Below, in pieces: positions 1-9,784 of a stretch of DNA of 64,000 nt; the first letter of the stretch is position 1, and the number at the start of each line of letters is the position of its first letter. The translations under genes were made by a program, and so were the position numbers. The DNA is from Actinomycetota bacterium (GTDB taxonomy: Bacteria > Actinomycetota > CADDZG01 > JAHWKV01 > JBOGWP01), in NCBI GenBank assembly GCA_050693875.1, contig JBOGWP010000159.1, positions 6,003 through 70,002 on the forward strand, read 5' to 3'. Below the pieces are notes generated by a model. The model worked only from the letters and a program-made list of their open reading frames with translations. It was not told the DNA's origin and ran no database searches.

Positions 1-1548
1 GCGGGCCTGGTCGGGCTTGGGATCGGCAAGGGCGACGCCGTCGGCGTCTACCTGCCGATGACGCTCGAGGCGGTGGTGGCGATGCTCGCGCTCGCCAAGA
101 TCGGCGCCATCTACCTCCCGATCTTCTCCGGATTCGCGGCGGCGGCGGTGGCGGCGCGCCTGGGCGATCCCCGCGCGAAGGTCCTGATCACCGCCGACGG
201 GTTTCGGCGCAGGGGCCGGGAGGTGCGCATGAAGGACGCTGCGGACGAAGCCGCAACCGCCGCCGGCGTCGAGCACACCGTGGTCCTGCGCCACATCGGT
301 GGCGACGTCGTGTGGCACCCGGCTCGGGACGTCTGGTGGCACGACCTCATCGCATCGCAACCGCTGCTCACCACCGAGCCCACCGAGGCCGAGGACGTCT
401 GGATGATCGCCTACACATCGGGCACGACCGGACGTCCGAAGGGGGCGGTCCACGTTCACGGCGGCTTTCTGGTGAAGATCGCCTCGGAGGTCGCCTACCA
501 GACCGATCTGCAGGACGACGACGTCCTCTACTGGGTGACCGACATGGGGTGGATCATGGGGCAATGGGAGACGGTCGGAGGCCTCGCCCTCGGCGGGACG
601 GTGCTCCTGTACGAGGGAGCGCCCGACCATCCCGATCCCGGCCGCATCTGGGCGCTCTGCGAGCGGCACGGCGTCTCGATTCTCGGAGTCTCCCCGACGC
701 TGGTGCGAGCGCTGATCCCCCACGGAGTCGAGACGGTTCGCCGCCACGACCTTTCGCGCCTGCGCATACTGGCATCCACCGGCGAGCCCTGGAATCCCGA
801 GCCGTACCGCTGGCTCTTCGAGAATGCCGGCGGGAGCCGTTGCCCCGTCATCAACCTGTCCGGCGGGACCGAGGTTGGAGCCTGCTTTCTCTCGCCCTAC
901 CCGATCTGCGACCTGAAGGTCGGGACGCTGTGCGGCCCCTCCCTCGGCATGGACGTCGACGTGGTGGACGCTGACGGGAACCCGGTCCGCGGGGGCGTCG
1001 GCGAGCTGGTCTGCCGGAAGCCGTGGCCGGCGATGACCCGGGGGATCTGGGGCGACCCGGACCGGTATCTCGCGAGCTACTGGTCGCGCTTTCCCGGGAT
1101 GTGGTGCCACGGCGACTGGGCATCGATCGATGAGGACGGGTTCTGGTTCCTCCACGGCCGCAGCGACGACACTTTGAACGTCGCCGGCAAGCGGATCGGG
1201 CCGGCCGAGATCGAGTCGGTGCTGGTCTCGCATCCCTCGGTGGTCGAGGCCGCTGCGGTCGGGATCCCGCACGAGGTGAAGGGCGAGGTGGTGTGGTGCT
1301 TCTGCGTCCCCGCTCCGAGCGCCCCCACCGGCGAGTTGGAGGACGAGCTCAAGGCCCTCGTCGACCTCGAGATCGGCAGGGCCTTCCGTCCCCAGCGGGT
1401 GGTCTTCGTCGCCCAGCTTCCCCGCACGCGCTCGGCCAAGATCCTGCGGCGGGCGATCCGGGCGAGGGTGGTGGGCGCGGATCCCGGCGACCTCTCCTCG
1501 CTTGAGAACCCCGAGGCGCTCGACGCCATCGCGAACGCACTGGTGTGA
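1..1548 (+). CDS. AMP-forming acyl-CoA/acetyl-CoA synthetase, 5'-partial (continues upstream of the window)
   Basis: The reading frame is open from nt 1. It has the AMP-binding signature YTSGTTGRPKG and the conserved C-terminal lysine block (RTRSAKILRR) of adenylate-forming enzymes. Confidence 0.8.
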   Translation, partial: AGLVGLGIGKGDAVGVYLPMTLEAVVAMLALAKIGAIYLPIFSGFAAAAVAARLGDPRAKVLITADGFRRRGREVRMKDAADEAATAAGVEHTVVLRHIGGDVVWHPARDVWWHDLIASQPLLTTEPTEAEDVWMIAYTSGTTGRPKGAVHVHGGFLVKIASEVAYQTDLQDDDVLYWVTDMGWIMGQWETVGGLALGGTVLLYEGAPDHPDPGRIWALCERHGVSILGVSPTLVRALIPHGVETVRRHDLSRLRILASTGEPWNPEPYRWLFENAGGSRCPVINLSGGTEVGACFLSPYPICDLKVGTLCGPSLGMDVDVVDADGNPVRGGVGELVCRKPWPAMTRGIWGDPDRYLASYWSRFPGMWCHGDWASIDEDGFWFLHGRSDDTLNVAGKRIGPAEIESVLVSHPSVVEAAAVGIPHEVKGEVVWCFCVPAPSAPTGELEDELKALVDLEIGRAFRPQRVVFVAQLPRTRSAKILRRAIRARVVGADPGDLSSLENPEALDAIANALV

Positions 1549-2000
1549 CCCGGAGGTTCTTCGATCAGGTCGACGACGAGCTGCGTGGGCTGCTCGGGCC
1601 GGAACTTCGAGGGTACTCGTCCCACCGCGACGGCCGGCTGATCAAGCTGTGGTACGCGGAGCCGGCCGTCCACTTCGAGGCCCAAAGGATCGGAGCGCGC
1701 TGGGTGCCGGGAGCCGGGCCGGTCATCGAGGTGGGGCTGCACCTCGAGGGACCGTCGACCGAGGCCAACGACGAGGTCCTTGCCGTCCTCCGGCGTGCCC
1801 GCGGCTGGAGGTCCCGCCTCCGGCACGCCCAGGTCGGGCCTGCATTCGGCCCCCAGTCGTCGCGCTGGCGCCGAGTCTCGGAGGTGCTCGATCTCCCCGA
1901 CGCGGATGACGCCGACCTGGCAAGCGAGGTGGCCGCGCGGCTCGCGGTGTACGTGCGGACTCTCAAGCCGCTGCTGGAGGCCGGAGCTACGAAACCGTGA
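1545..2000 (+). CDS. hypothetical protein (151 aa)
   Basis: ATG overlaps the stop of the upstream synthetase (ATGA-type coupling). No recognisable motif. Confidence 0.4.
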   Translation: MTRRFFDQVDDELRGLLGPELRGYSSHRDGRLIKLWYAEPAVHFEAQRIGARWVPGAGPVIEVGLHLEGPSTEANDEVLAVLRRARGWRSRLRHAQVGPAFGPQSSRWRRVSEVLDLPDADDADLASEVAARLAVYVRTLKPLLEAGATKP

Positions 2001-2751
2001 AGGTGACTCGGTCGGCGACCGCAGGGTCGAACGGCGTGTGGTCGGCGTATCCCAGCACCACCCACACAGTGTGCGATCCGGGGGACAGCTTCGGGAGGAG
2101 GACGTGTTCGTCGGCGGTGTGAACGACATCGGGGTCGCCGGATGGGATCGGCTGCCCGGCCGCCGGAGGTTCTCGGTCTACCAGGACGTGGAGGTGCCCG
2201 TGGGTCCCGGCCTTGAACGAGTGGTCGCTCGCCGCGGGCGCGAGCGTGACCCCCTCGACGGCAACGTCAAGCGCCGCAGCCGCACTGCCCGCGACCGTGC
2301 CTCTGACCGAGGGGCCTTCGACGTTCACGCCCACCTCGGCCGGGGTGGTCGGGAGGCGATAGTGCTGGCCGTCGCCCAGGACCGCCACGAGGCGGTGCTC
2401 GCCCCGTGCGAGCCCGTAGACCGATACCGACGACTCGGCGGAGTGGATGATTCCCGGCCCGGTCTCGATCTTGGATCCCACCGGAGGTGGGTCCGCGTCG
2501 ACGAAGACGTGGAAGTGGCCGGTCCGGCTCGAGCGCTGTCCCTGCGCGGGGAGGATCAAGATCCCCGACGCCCCGAGCTCGAGCCGCACGACGTTTCCCT
2601 TGATCGACGCGCCCTGCGCCGGTGACGTGATCGCCACCGACTGCTGGGGTGCCCGCCTGCTCGGCTCCTCGCCGCCCGCGCACGCCATGGCGGTTACGAG
2701 GATCGCCGCGGTGAGAAGCGCTCGGGTGAGGGCTCGCATCGGCACGGGCAC
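1987..2751 (-). CDS. secreted or lipoprotein-like protein with two repeated ~110-aa domains, each carrying a GHxHVxVD motif
   Basis: N-terminal signal peptide with a Cys (LVTAMACAGG). Internal duplication GHFHVFVDADPPP / GHLHVLVDREPP. His-rich motifs suggest metal binding. Confidence 0.5.
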   Translation of the reverse strand: MPVPMRALTRALLTAAILVTAMACAGGEEPSRRAPQQSVAITSPAQGASIKGNVVRLELGASGILILPAQGQRSSRTGHFHVFVDADPPPVGSKIETGPGIIHSAESSVSVYGLARGEHRLVAVLGDGQHYRLPTTPAEVGVNVEGPSVRGTVAGSAAAALDVAVEGVTLAPAASDHSFKAGTHGHLHVLVDREPPAAGQPIPSGDPDVVHTADEHVLLPKLSPGSHTVWVVLGYADHTPFDPAVADRVTFTVS

Positions 2752-2817
2752 CGCGGGAGTCTATCCGTATCGCCAACGCGTGCGGCAAGCATCGCCGCTC
2801 GTCCGGCGAGACCGCGG

Positions 2818-3609
2818 TCAGGAGTATGAGTGGGTTTCGTCCGGGAAGGTCCCCGCTTCCACCTCGGTTCGAAACTGCGTGGCGGCCCGGGCGATGGCAT
2901 CACCAAGGTTGGCGTAGGTCTTGACGAACTTGGGATAGGGCCCGGTTCCGAGGCCGAGCAGATCGTTGACGACCAGCACCTGGGCGTCGCAGTGGGGCCC
3001 CGCCCCGATGCCGATGGTGGGAATCGCGACGGTCCGGGTGACGGTGGCGGCGACGGCCGCAGGGATGCCCTCGAGCACGAGAGAGCAGGCGCCCGCTTTC
3101 TGCAACTCGAGCGAATCGGCAAGCAGCCGCGCTGCGGCCTCCTCGCTCCGGGCCTGGACCCGGTAGCCGCCCATGGCGTGCACCGACTGCGGGGTGAGGC
3201 CGAGGTGGCCCATCACCGGGACGCCGACCTCGGTGAGCGCGGCGGAGAGGTCGTGGCGAGGGCCCTCGATCTTCACCACGTGCGCACCCCCCTCCTTGAG
3301 GAACCGCACCGCATTCCGGACTCCCTCGCCGACGGACTCCTGATAGCTGCCGAACGGCATGTCGCCGATGATCAGGGCGTTGTGCGCGCCGCGGGCAACC
3401 GCGCGGGTGTGGTGCAGCATCTCGTCCATCGTCACCGGGATGGTCGTGTCGTAGCCGAGCACGACCTGTCCCAGGGAGTCCCCGACGAGGAGGACGGGGA
3501 TGCCGGCCTCGTCGAGGATGCGGGCGGTCGGGAAGTCGTAGGCGGTGAGGACGGCGAAGCGTCGTCCTTCGGCCTTGCATCGGGCGAGATCGCGGACGGA
3601 GAACGGCAT
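2818..3609 (-). CDS. panB: 3-methyl-2-oxobutanoate hydroxymethyltransferase (ketopantoate hydroxymethyltransferase)
   Basis: Full-length match to the PanB family (LTAYDFPTARILDEAGIPVLLVGDSLG, GHLGLTPQSVHAMGGYRVQ). Confidence 0.9.
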   Translation of the reverse strand: MPFSVRDLARCKAEGRRFAVLTAYDFPTARILDEAGIPVLLVGDSLGQVVLGYDTTIPVTMDEMLHHTRAVARGAHNALIIGDMPFGSYQESVGEGVRNAVRFLKEGGAHVVKIEGPRHDLSAALTEVGVPVMGHLGLTPQSVHAMGGYRVQARSEEAAARLLADSLELQKAGACSLVLEGIPAAVAATVTRTVAIPTIGIGAGPHCDAQVLVVNDLLGLGTGPYPKFVKTYANLGDAIARAATQFRTEVEAGTFPDETHSYS

Positions 3610-3708
3610 GATCGGCTCCTTTCGGTCCCGGGGCTCCGCCTCCAGGCCTGAAGCTCCTCCAAGTGTAGAAGGTCTGCGGCGCTTGTCGGGGGTAGGAGGC
3701 GCGGCCGA

Positions 3709-4518
3709 TCAGGGAGTGTGCGAGGCCAGGAAGTCGAGCAGGAGGCGGTTGAATGCGTCTGCGTTGCGGGCATGAGCATCGTGGCCCGCATCACGGATGA
3801 AGACGTGGTGGCCGTGGCGCAGGACGGCGGCGAGCGTCTCGCCCACCACCTGCATTGGGGGTTCGCTCTGGTCCCCGTTCAGCACGAGCGCGGGGATGTC
3901 GAGCGACTGCAGCCCTTCCTCGTCGGGGACGTACTCCCAGGAGCGCTGCTCCCGCTCGGCCACCGGCGCCTGCCGGCGGATGAGCTCCCAGGAAGGGGAG
4001 GAGGGATTCATCTCTTCCGCCATCCGTCCGTCGATGAACCGCATGAAGTCGGGAAGCCATTCCTCGAGCGGCTCTCCTTCGACCCCACGCCGCATGGCGG
4101 CGCGCATCCGCTCCCACCATTCCCGGTACTGCGGATCTCGTGCCAGCCAGGCGAAGAGCGGAGGCTCGAGCAACGCCAACGACAGCACCCGGCCCGGATC
4201 GACCAGCGCCACCTCAAGACAGACCAGGCATCCGTAGGAGACGGCGACGAGATGGGCCTCGTCCACCCCCCGAAGGTCGAGCGTTCGCAGCACGTCGGTC
4301 GCCTGAAGCCGCACCGGCACGTGGGCGGCATCTCCCGCCGGCGACCGACCGTGCCCGCGGCGGTCGACGGCCAGCGTCCGGTATCCGGCGACCGCGAGCG
4401 GGTTGATCACGCGGCCCCAGGCGGGGCCGGAGTGGAAGATGCCGCCGTGGACCAGCACGACGGGCGTTCCGGCCCCGCGTTCGATCGCAGCAAGCTCGAC
4501 CGGCTCGTTCTCGTTCAC
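3709..4518 (-). CDS. alpha/beta-fold hydrolase
   Basis: Has VVLVHGG, a GxSxG-like nucleophile elbow (VAVSYGC) and a C-terminal His (DAGHDAH) typical of the fold. GTG start. Confidence 0.7.
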   Translation of the reverse strand: MNENEPVELAAIERGAGTPVVLVHGGIFHSGPAWGRVINPLAVAGYRTLAVDRRGHGRSPAGDAAHVPVRLQATDVLRTLDLRGVDEAHLVAVSYGCLVCLEVALVDPGRVLSLALLEPPLFAWLARDPQYREWWERMRAAMRRGVEGEPLEEWLPDFMRFIDGRMAEEMNPSSPSWELIRRQAPVAEREQRSWEYVPDEEGLQSLDIPALVLNGDQSEPPMQVVGETLAAVLRHGHHVFIRDAGHDAHARNADAFNRLLLDFLASHTP

Positions 4519-4625
4519 GGGCTCCTCGAAACCTCCCGAGTAGGCGGGATTATCATCATCCTGCAGGAATCGTGTGCGTCGCCGCCGACGGGGTGCACCG
4601 CGCCTCCCCAGGGCAGGAGGTTGGG

Positions 4626-5000
4626 ATGGGGGTCAGGAAGCTTGGGATGTCGATGATCCTCGCGAGGGACTTCGACAAGCTGCTCGACTGGTACACGAAC
4701 GTCCTCGGGCTGCAGTCTTCGCGGGTGGACCAGGAGGGGCAGTGGGCGAGCCTTCGCTTTCCCGAGGGCGACGCCACGATCGCCCTTCACGGCGGGCTCG
4801 CAGCGGGGGCCGATCAGGCGGGGCTCCGGACGATCGTTCCGTTGATCGAGGTGAGCGACATCCAGGCGACGGTCGAGGAGTTGAAGGGGCAGGGACTGGA
4901 GTTCACGCGCGAGGTGCACGAAGGCGCGGGTGTGTGGCTGGCGAGCTTCGACGACCCGGAGGGCAACTCGCTGCAGCTGTACGAGATGCGGGGCCGCTGA
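4626..5000 (+). CDS. VOC/glyoxalase-family protein
   Basis: Glyoxalase/bleomycin-resistance-like beta-alpha-beta-beta-beta modules (IALHGG, GVWLASFDDPEGNSLQLYE). An internal ATG with an upstream G-rich RBS was chosen over the longer ORF. Confidence 0.6.
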   Translation: MGVRKLGMSMILARDFDKLLDWYTNVLGLQSSRVDQEGQWASLRFPEGDATIALHGGLAAGADQAGLRTIVPLIEVSDIQATVEELKGQGLEFTREVHEGAGVWLASFDDPEGNSLQLYEMRGR

Positions 5001-5031
5001 GCGGCGCTCCGAGGACCGAGGGGGAGGGGGG

Positions 5032-5385
5032 ATGACGACCAGGGTGGTGGTGCTGTGCTGGGAGGAGTGCCGGCCGTGGGTGAGCCAGCTCCGCCAGAAC
5101 GGCTACAGCGTTCCGTGGGTTGAGGAGCCGAAGGGAGAGGTCCACAAGCAGATCCCGGACCTGCATCCGGACGCGGTTCTGATCGACCTCACCCGTCAGC
5201 CCGAGCAGGGACGCGAGATGGTGATCGACCTGGCCTCGAACGAGCACCTGCGCGAGACCCCACTCATCGTGGTGAGCGAGAAGGGAAGCGCAGCGCGGGG
5301 GCTCAAGAGCAAGGTGCGGAACCTGATCGTGGCGTCGCCGAGCTCGATCGTGCTCGCGCTCGAGAAGGCGCTCGGCCCGAAGTAG
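5032..5385 (+). CDS. hypothetical protein, possibly with a receiver (CheY-like) fold
   Basis: Alternating beta/alpha pattern (VVVLCWEE, DAVLIDLT, PLIVVSEKG). The start is taken at the internal MTTRVVV; the Arg-rich N-terminal ORF extension looks non-coding. Confidence 0.35.
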   Translation: MTTRVVVLCWEECRPWVSQLRQNGYSVPWVEEPKGEVHKQIPDLHPDAVLIDLTRQPEQGREMVIDLASNEHLRETPLIVVSEKGSAARGLKSKVRNLIVASPSSIVLALEKALGPK

Positions 5386-5392
5386 GGCCGGG

Positions 5393-5853
5393 CTAGTCGA
5401 GGTCCCCGGCTTCGATCCGCATGATGCGGCGGGCGCGGACGAGCTCTCCCTGACTCAGCAGCTCCATACGTTCGGGTTCGTCGAGTGCTTGTGCGAACAC
5501 GCCGATCAGGTCGCGCTGCGAGATCATCCCAACCACCCGCTCGCCGTCGAGGACGGGCAGGTGGCGAATCCAGTTGTCGGCCATGATCCGGGCGCACGCG
5601 CGGAGGCGCGTGTCGGGCGTGACCGTGACGAGCTCGGTCCGCATGACGTCCTTGAGCTGTACGAGCTTCGGGTCCCCGCCGCGGGCCACCACCTTCATGA
5701 GATCGCGTTCGGTGAAGATCCCGACCAGGCGGTCCCCGTCGACGACGAGCAGCGATCCTGTTTGCTGTTGAAACATCTTAGCCGAGGCCTCCGCAACGGT
5801 GTCTTCCGCGGTATCGGCGACGACGGCCTCGGTCATCACACTGGCAACTGTCA
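5393..5853 (-). CDS. CBS-pair domain protein
   Basis: Two CBS motifs (VVDGDRLVGIFTERDLM and VLDGERVVGMISQRDLI). The start is placed at the internal Met MTVASVMTEAVV; the upstream 85 aa of the ORF are Arg/Pro-rich shadow. Confidence 0.75.
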
Positions 5854-5996
5854 TAGCAAGTAAGTTTAGCCCTCCATCTGGTTTCCGCTCTGTTACATCA
5901 CAGGGAGGGCTTGACCTTCCCAGCAGGTCAAGCCGAGCCGTGCGCACCCGTCGGGCTCGAGGCACTAGGATCGCGGCCGATGAGGGCCCACCGACG

Positions 5997-7061
5997 TTGA
6001 ACGACCGCCGCATCCTGGTAACCGGAGGAGCCGGTTTTCTCGGAAGCCACTTCGTCCGCCACGCGCTCCGATCGGGGGCCGCGTTCGTTGCGAACCTCGA
6101 CCTGCTCACCTACGCCGGGGACCTCCGCCGGCTCGACGACATCGCCGGCGACCTGCGGTACGTGTTCGTGCGCGGCGACGTCGCGGAGGGGCGGGCGATA
6201 CGCGAGGTGTTCGCGGCGTACCGGCCCGACGTCGTGGTCCATTACGCCGCCGAGTCTCATGTGACGCGCAGCGAGCTTGCCTCGGACGCGTTCTTCCGGA
6301 CCAACGTCGAGGGCACCCGGGTGGTCCTCGAGTCGGCGCTGGAGGCCGGTGTCGAGCGAGTCGTGCACGTGTCGACCGATGAGGTCTACGGGCCGATCCT
6401 GTCGGGGGCGTTTGGTGAGGACGACAAGCTGCCCGGCGAGGGCGCGGCGACGAGCGCCTACGCCCGGTCCAAGGCCCTCGCCGACGATCTCGCCCGCTCC
6501 CTCGCGGCGGGGAGCACGCGCAGCGCGGTCATCGTCGCCCGGCCCACGAATGCATTCGGCCCGCACCAGTTCCCCGAGAAGGCCTTCCCGAGGTGGGCGA
6601 CCCGTGCCCTGCGAGGTGAGCCGCTGCTGGTTTGGGGAGACGGCCTCTACGTTCGCCAGTGGCTCTACGCCGAGGATTTCGCGCGGGCGATCGCGCTGCT
6701 CGTGGAGCGCGGCGATCCCGGCGGCGTCTACAACGTCGGTCCGCGCCATGATCCTGAGATCACCAACCTCGCCCTGGCGCAGTGGCTGAGGGATCGCCTC
6801 GAACTGACGCAGGAACGGCTGCAGATGACCGCCTACGACCGGCCCGATCACGATCGCCGGTACGCGGTGGATCCGTCGCGCATCGAAGCGCTCGGGTGGG
6901 CGCCGGGGGAGGTCTGGGAACAGTTCGGCCGGACGCTGGACTGGTACCGGGATCATGCCGCGTGGTGGGAGCCCCACATCGCCGAGGCGGAGTCGATCTA
7001 TGCCGACGCCGTCGAGGCGGGACGGGGTGCCCCGGCGGCGGCTCGCGGAGCCCGCCCGTGA
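5997..7061 (+). CDS. rmlB: dTDP-glucose 4,6-dehydratase
   Basis: Rossmann motif VTGGAGFLGSH and an extended-SDR YxxxK (YARSK). TTG start just before NDRRILVTGG; the long N-terminal ORF extension is rejected. Confidence 0.85.
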   Translation: MNDRRILVTGGAGFLGSHFVRHALRSGAAFVANLDLLTYAGDLRRLDDIAGDLRYVFVRGDVAEGRAIREVFAAYRPDVVVHYAAESHVTRSELASDAFFRTNVEGTRVVLESALEAGVERVVHVSTDEVYGPILSGAFGEDDKLPGEGAATSAYARSKALADDLARSLAAGSTRSAVIVARPTNAFGPHQFPEKAFPRWATRALRGEPLLVWGDGLYVRQWLYAEDFARAIALLVERGDPGGVYNVGPRHDPEITNLALAQWLRDRLELTQERLQMTAYDRPDHDRRYAVDPSRIEALGWAPGEVWEQFGRTLDWYRDHAAWWEPHIAEAESIYADAVEAGRGAPAAARGARP

Positions 7062-7579
7062 AGCTCCAGGAGCATCCCGACATTCCCGGGGTGGTGGTGG
7101 GCATGCCCACCGTCCACGAGGATATTCGGGGGTCGTTCCTCGAGATCTTCCGCGAGGACCTGCTGGGCGCCCCGTTCGTCCAGGCAAACCACTCGCATTC
7201 ACGGGCCGGTGTGCTCCGGGGGCTCCACTACCACCGCAAGCAGGCCGATGCCTGGTACGTCATCGGCGGCGAAGCCCAGGCGATGCTGGCGGACCTTCGG
7301 TCGCGAACCGAGCGACCCGCGGTGGCTTCAGTCGGTCTGGTGGCCGCCGAACCGAAGGTCCTCTACATTCCGCCCGGAGTGGCGCATGGATTTCTCGCTG
7401 TGACGGACGTCGATCTCATCTACTGGGTCACCCACTACTACGACGCCTCCGACGAGTTCGGCGTCGTCTGGAACGACCCCACCCTCGGGGCGCCCTGGCG
7501 GACCTCGGATCCCATCCTCTCGGCGCGGGATCTGGCCAACGCCCGGCTGGATTGGGACACGATCTCGGTTTCCTCGTAA
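7058..7579 (+). CDS. rmlC: dTDP-4-dehydrorhamnose 3,5-epimerase
   Basis: GTG start overlaps the rmlB stop (GTGA). KLQEHPDIPGVVVGMPTVHEDIRGSFLEIF aligns with the RmlC N-terminus, and the cupin core GLHYH is present. Confidence 0.85.
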   Translation: MKLQEHPDIPGVVVGMPTVHEDIRGSFLEIFREDLLGAPFVQANHSHSRAGVLRGLHYHRKQADAWYVIGGEAQAMLADLRSRTERPAVASVGLVAAEPKVLYIPPGVAHGFLAVTDVDLIYWVTHYYDASDEFGVVWNDPTLGAPWRTSDPILSARDLANARLDWDTISVSS

Positions 7580-7597
7580 CCGGCGCCGACGGCAAGA

Positions 7598-7710
7598 GGC
7601 GCGGCTTCCGTTGGTGATGCGCCGGGTGGCGACGACGTCGGGGTGAGTGAGAGGGCCTCGAATCCGGCGTCTTGGCGCGGCTTCCGTTGGTGATGCGCCG
7701 GGTGGCGACG
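7598..7710. repeat. two perfect 37-bp direct repeats (7598-7634 and 7674-7710) in the rmlC-rmlA intergenic region
   Basis: GGCGCGGCTTCCGTTGGTGATGCGCCGGGTGGCGACG occurs twice with 76-bp spacing. Read directly from the sequence. Confidence 0.85.
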
Positions 7711-7853
7711 GCCGAGTACTATGCTGGCCGGTCGCAGGGCATCGCTGGGCCCCCCCGAGATGAGCGTGCTCGACTGCTCGAAGGCTGGGGCCGCACGGCG
7801 TGGAGTTGCGGCCCCGGCGCGCTGCGGGTGGCCGAGTACGTGAGGGAGGTGGC

Positions 7854-8588
7854 GTGAAGGGAGTCGTGCTCGCCGGCGGGCTCGGAACCCGCTTCCACCC
7901 CGTCACCAAGGTCGTCAACAAGCACCTGCTCGACGTCTTCGACGAGCCGATGGTGTTCTATCCGATCCGGTCGCTGGCGGCTGCCGGCGTCACCGAGGTG
8001 ACCGTCGTCACCGGCGAGGAGATCTCGCAGTTCAAGCGCCTGCTGGGCGATGGGTCGACCCTCGGGGTGCACCTGTCGTACGCCTTTCAGGAGGGAGAGA
8101 GCGGGATTGCCGACGCGCTCAGCCGTGCCGAGGCCCTCGTCCAGGGCGAGCCGATCGTCGTCGTCCTGGGCGACAACATCTTTCAGGAGGACCTGTCGAG
8201 GTACCTCCGGGCGTTCTCGGAGCAGGGGAAGGGAGCCAAGATCCTTCTGAAGCAGGTGGGCCCCGAGGACACCCGGCGCTTCGGTGTGGCGGAGGTAGAC
8301 GACGGAAAGATCCTCGGGATCGAGGAGAAGCCCGACATCCCGAAATCGGACCTGGTGGTGACGGGGTGCTACATGTACGACGAGCGCGCGTTCGACTTCA
8401 TCCGCACGCTGCGCCCCTCCGGCCGGGGCGAGCTGGAGGTCACCGACCTCAACAACATCTACATCCAGGAGCGCACGATGACCTACGACGTGCTCCGCGG
8501 CTGGTGGACCGACGCCGGGACTCCGGCGAGCAAGCTCAAAGCCTCGATCCTGGTGGCGCTCGAAAAGGGGGTCACCTTCCACCGGTAA
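7854..8588 (+). CDS. rmlA: sugar-1-phosphate nucleotidyltransferase (glucose-1-phosphate thymidylyltransferase-like, short form)
   Basis: GTG start preceded by GGGAGG. Has the nucleotidyltransferase motif VLAGGLGTRF(HP) and VVLGDNIF. Confidence 0.75.
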   Translation: MKGVVLAGGLGTRFHPVTKVVNKHLLDVFDEPMVFYPIRSLAAAGVTEVTVVTGEEISQFKRLLGDGSTLGVHLSYAFQEGESGIADALSRAEALVQGEPIVVVLGDNIFQEDLSRYLRAFSEQGKGAKILLKQVGPEDTRRFGVAEVDDGKILGIEEKPDIPKSDLVVTGCYMYDERAFDFIRTLRPSGRGELEVTDLNNIYIQERTMTYDVLRGWWTDAGTPASKLKASILVALEKGVTFHR

Positions 8589-8633
8589 GGCACCGGCACC
8601 CAGGCTCCCGACCGATCGTCTCGCCGAACCTCG

Positions 8634-9782
8634 TCAGGGTCCCCGGGCCGGCAGGATGTCACCACGAGGCCGCCTCGGCACCGCCCCTCCTGCTGGAGAC
8701 GGTGCTTCCGCCGGGTCGGCCGCGGCCCTGCGAGCCGAGGCTCGACTGGCCGCCGCAGCCCGCTCACTGGTTTGTTCGCCCCGTTTCGGACTCCCGGGCT
8801 TGCGGGTCTCGGCCCGTCGGGCGCGGCGGCTCGCCTCCGCGGCCTGCGCCTTCCGAGCCTTGACGGCCGCCGGACGCGGCGCCGAGCGAATCCCACGGGC
8901 GGCAACGACCAGCAGCAGCACGGCGTTCAGCGCCCCGATGAGCCACAGCGGGAAGATCGGCTGGAACCCTGCGGCCCTGGCGAGGGTGCCTCCCGCCCAG
9001 GAGATCGTCGCCGTGGTCCGCATGAGGCCACCCCAGCGCGGGACCTCGTTCCAGGGGATCCGCACGGTGCGACGCTCACCCGGCCCGAGCCGAACTTCCT
9101 GCTCGGCCAGCTGGAAGGAACGGCCGGTGACAGTGGCGACCCGGGCACGCAGCTTCAGGGTCACCGCGTTCCCGCCCGGGTTGTTCACGAGCGCCTCGAA
9201 GGTCGCCGTCCGCGGGATGAGCACCCATGGGACGTCCATCCCGACCCTCTCGATCGACGGCCCCGTCGGGGCGCCCGAACCGGGATTCACCAGAAGCGCG
9301 ACGCGCGTGACCAGGTCCAGCGCGCCGCCACCCGCCCGTTCGTCGAGCTGCTCGGTCACGATCGCACCCAGGCCTCCCCTCCGCTCGTCGGAGATGTCGA
9401 CGGAGAAGTCGACGACACGTTCCGACTTCGGCCCGAGGGTCAGGTCGGTGACCGCCACACGGATCGCCGCCCCCAGACCCTCGGCTCGCGCCCCGAACGG
9501 CGCCACCGAGAGCGAGCCATCCTCCGAGCGGGCGGCGTCGGCGCCGTAGATGCGCAGGCGGATCTTCTCGGTGCTCTTGTTGTAGACGCGGATTGCATCT
9601 CGGACGGTGCCGCCGCCCGCGTCGGGCAGGAGGAACGACGTGCGGCGCTCCCCTTCGATCGCCCTGGGGTACGGTGCCACGCCGAACGTCTCGGTCTCAC
9701 CGGCTGCGGCCAGGCCGGGCAGAAGGGCCGCGCCCGCGACCCACGCCAACAGCCCCGCGAGCCTGTTCGCCCCCATCCCCAT
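8634..9782 (-). CDS. DUF916-like (CscA-like) cell-surface protein with a C-terminal membrane anchor
   Basis: Signal peptide, an Ig-like beta-rich region, and a single C-terminal TM helix (PLWLIGALNAVLLLVVAA) followed by a Lys/Arg-rich tail. Confidence 0.5.
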   Translation of the reverse strand: MGMGANRLAGLLAWVAGAALLPGLAAAGETETFGVAPYPRAIEGERRTSFLLPDAGGGTVRDAIRVYNKSTEKIRLRIYGADAARSEDGSLSVAPFGARAEGLGAAIRVAVTDLTLGPKSERVVDFSVDISDERRGGLGAIVTEQLDERAGGGALDLVTRVALLVNPGSGAPTGPSIERVGMDVPWVLIPRTATFEALVNNPGGNAVTLKLRARVATVTGRSFQLAEQEVRLGPGERRTVRIPWNEVPRWGGLMRTTATISWAGGTLARAAGFQPIFPLWLIGALNAVLLLVVAARGIRSAPRPAAVKARKAQAAEASRRARRAETRKPGSPKRGEQTSERAAAASRASARRAAADPAEAPSPAGGAVPRRPRGDILPARGP

Positions 9783-9784
9783 CG

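Noticed and set aside
7598-7710. Possible CRISPR array from the 37-bp direct repeats
   Set aside because: There are only two repeat copies and a single spacer. There are no cas genes and no further repeats, so this is not a CRISPR array.
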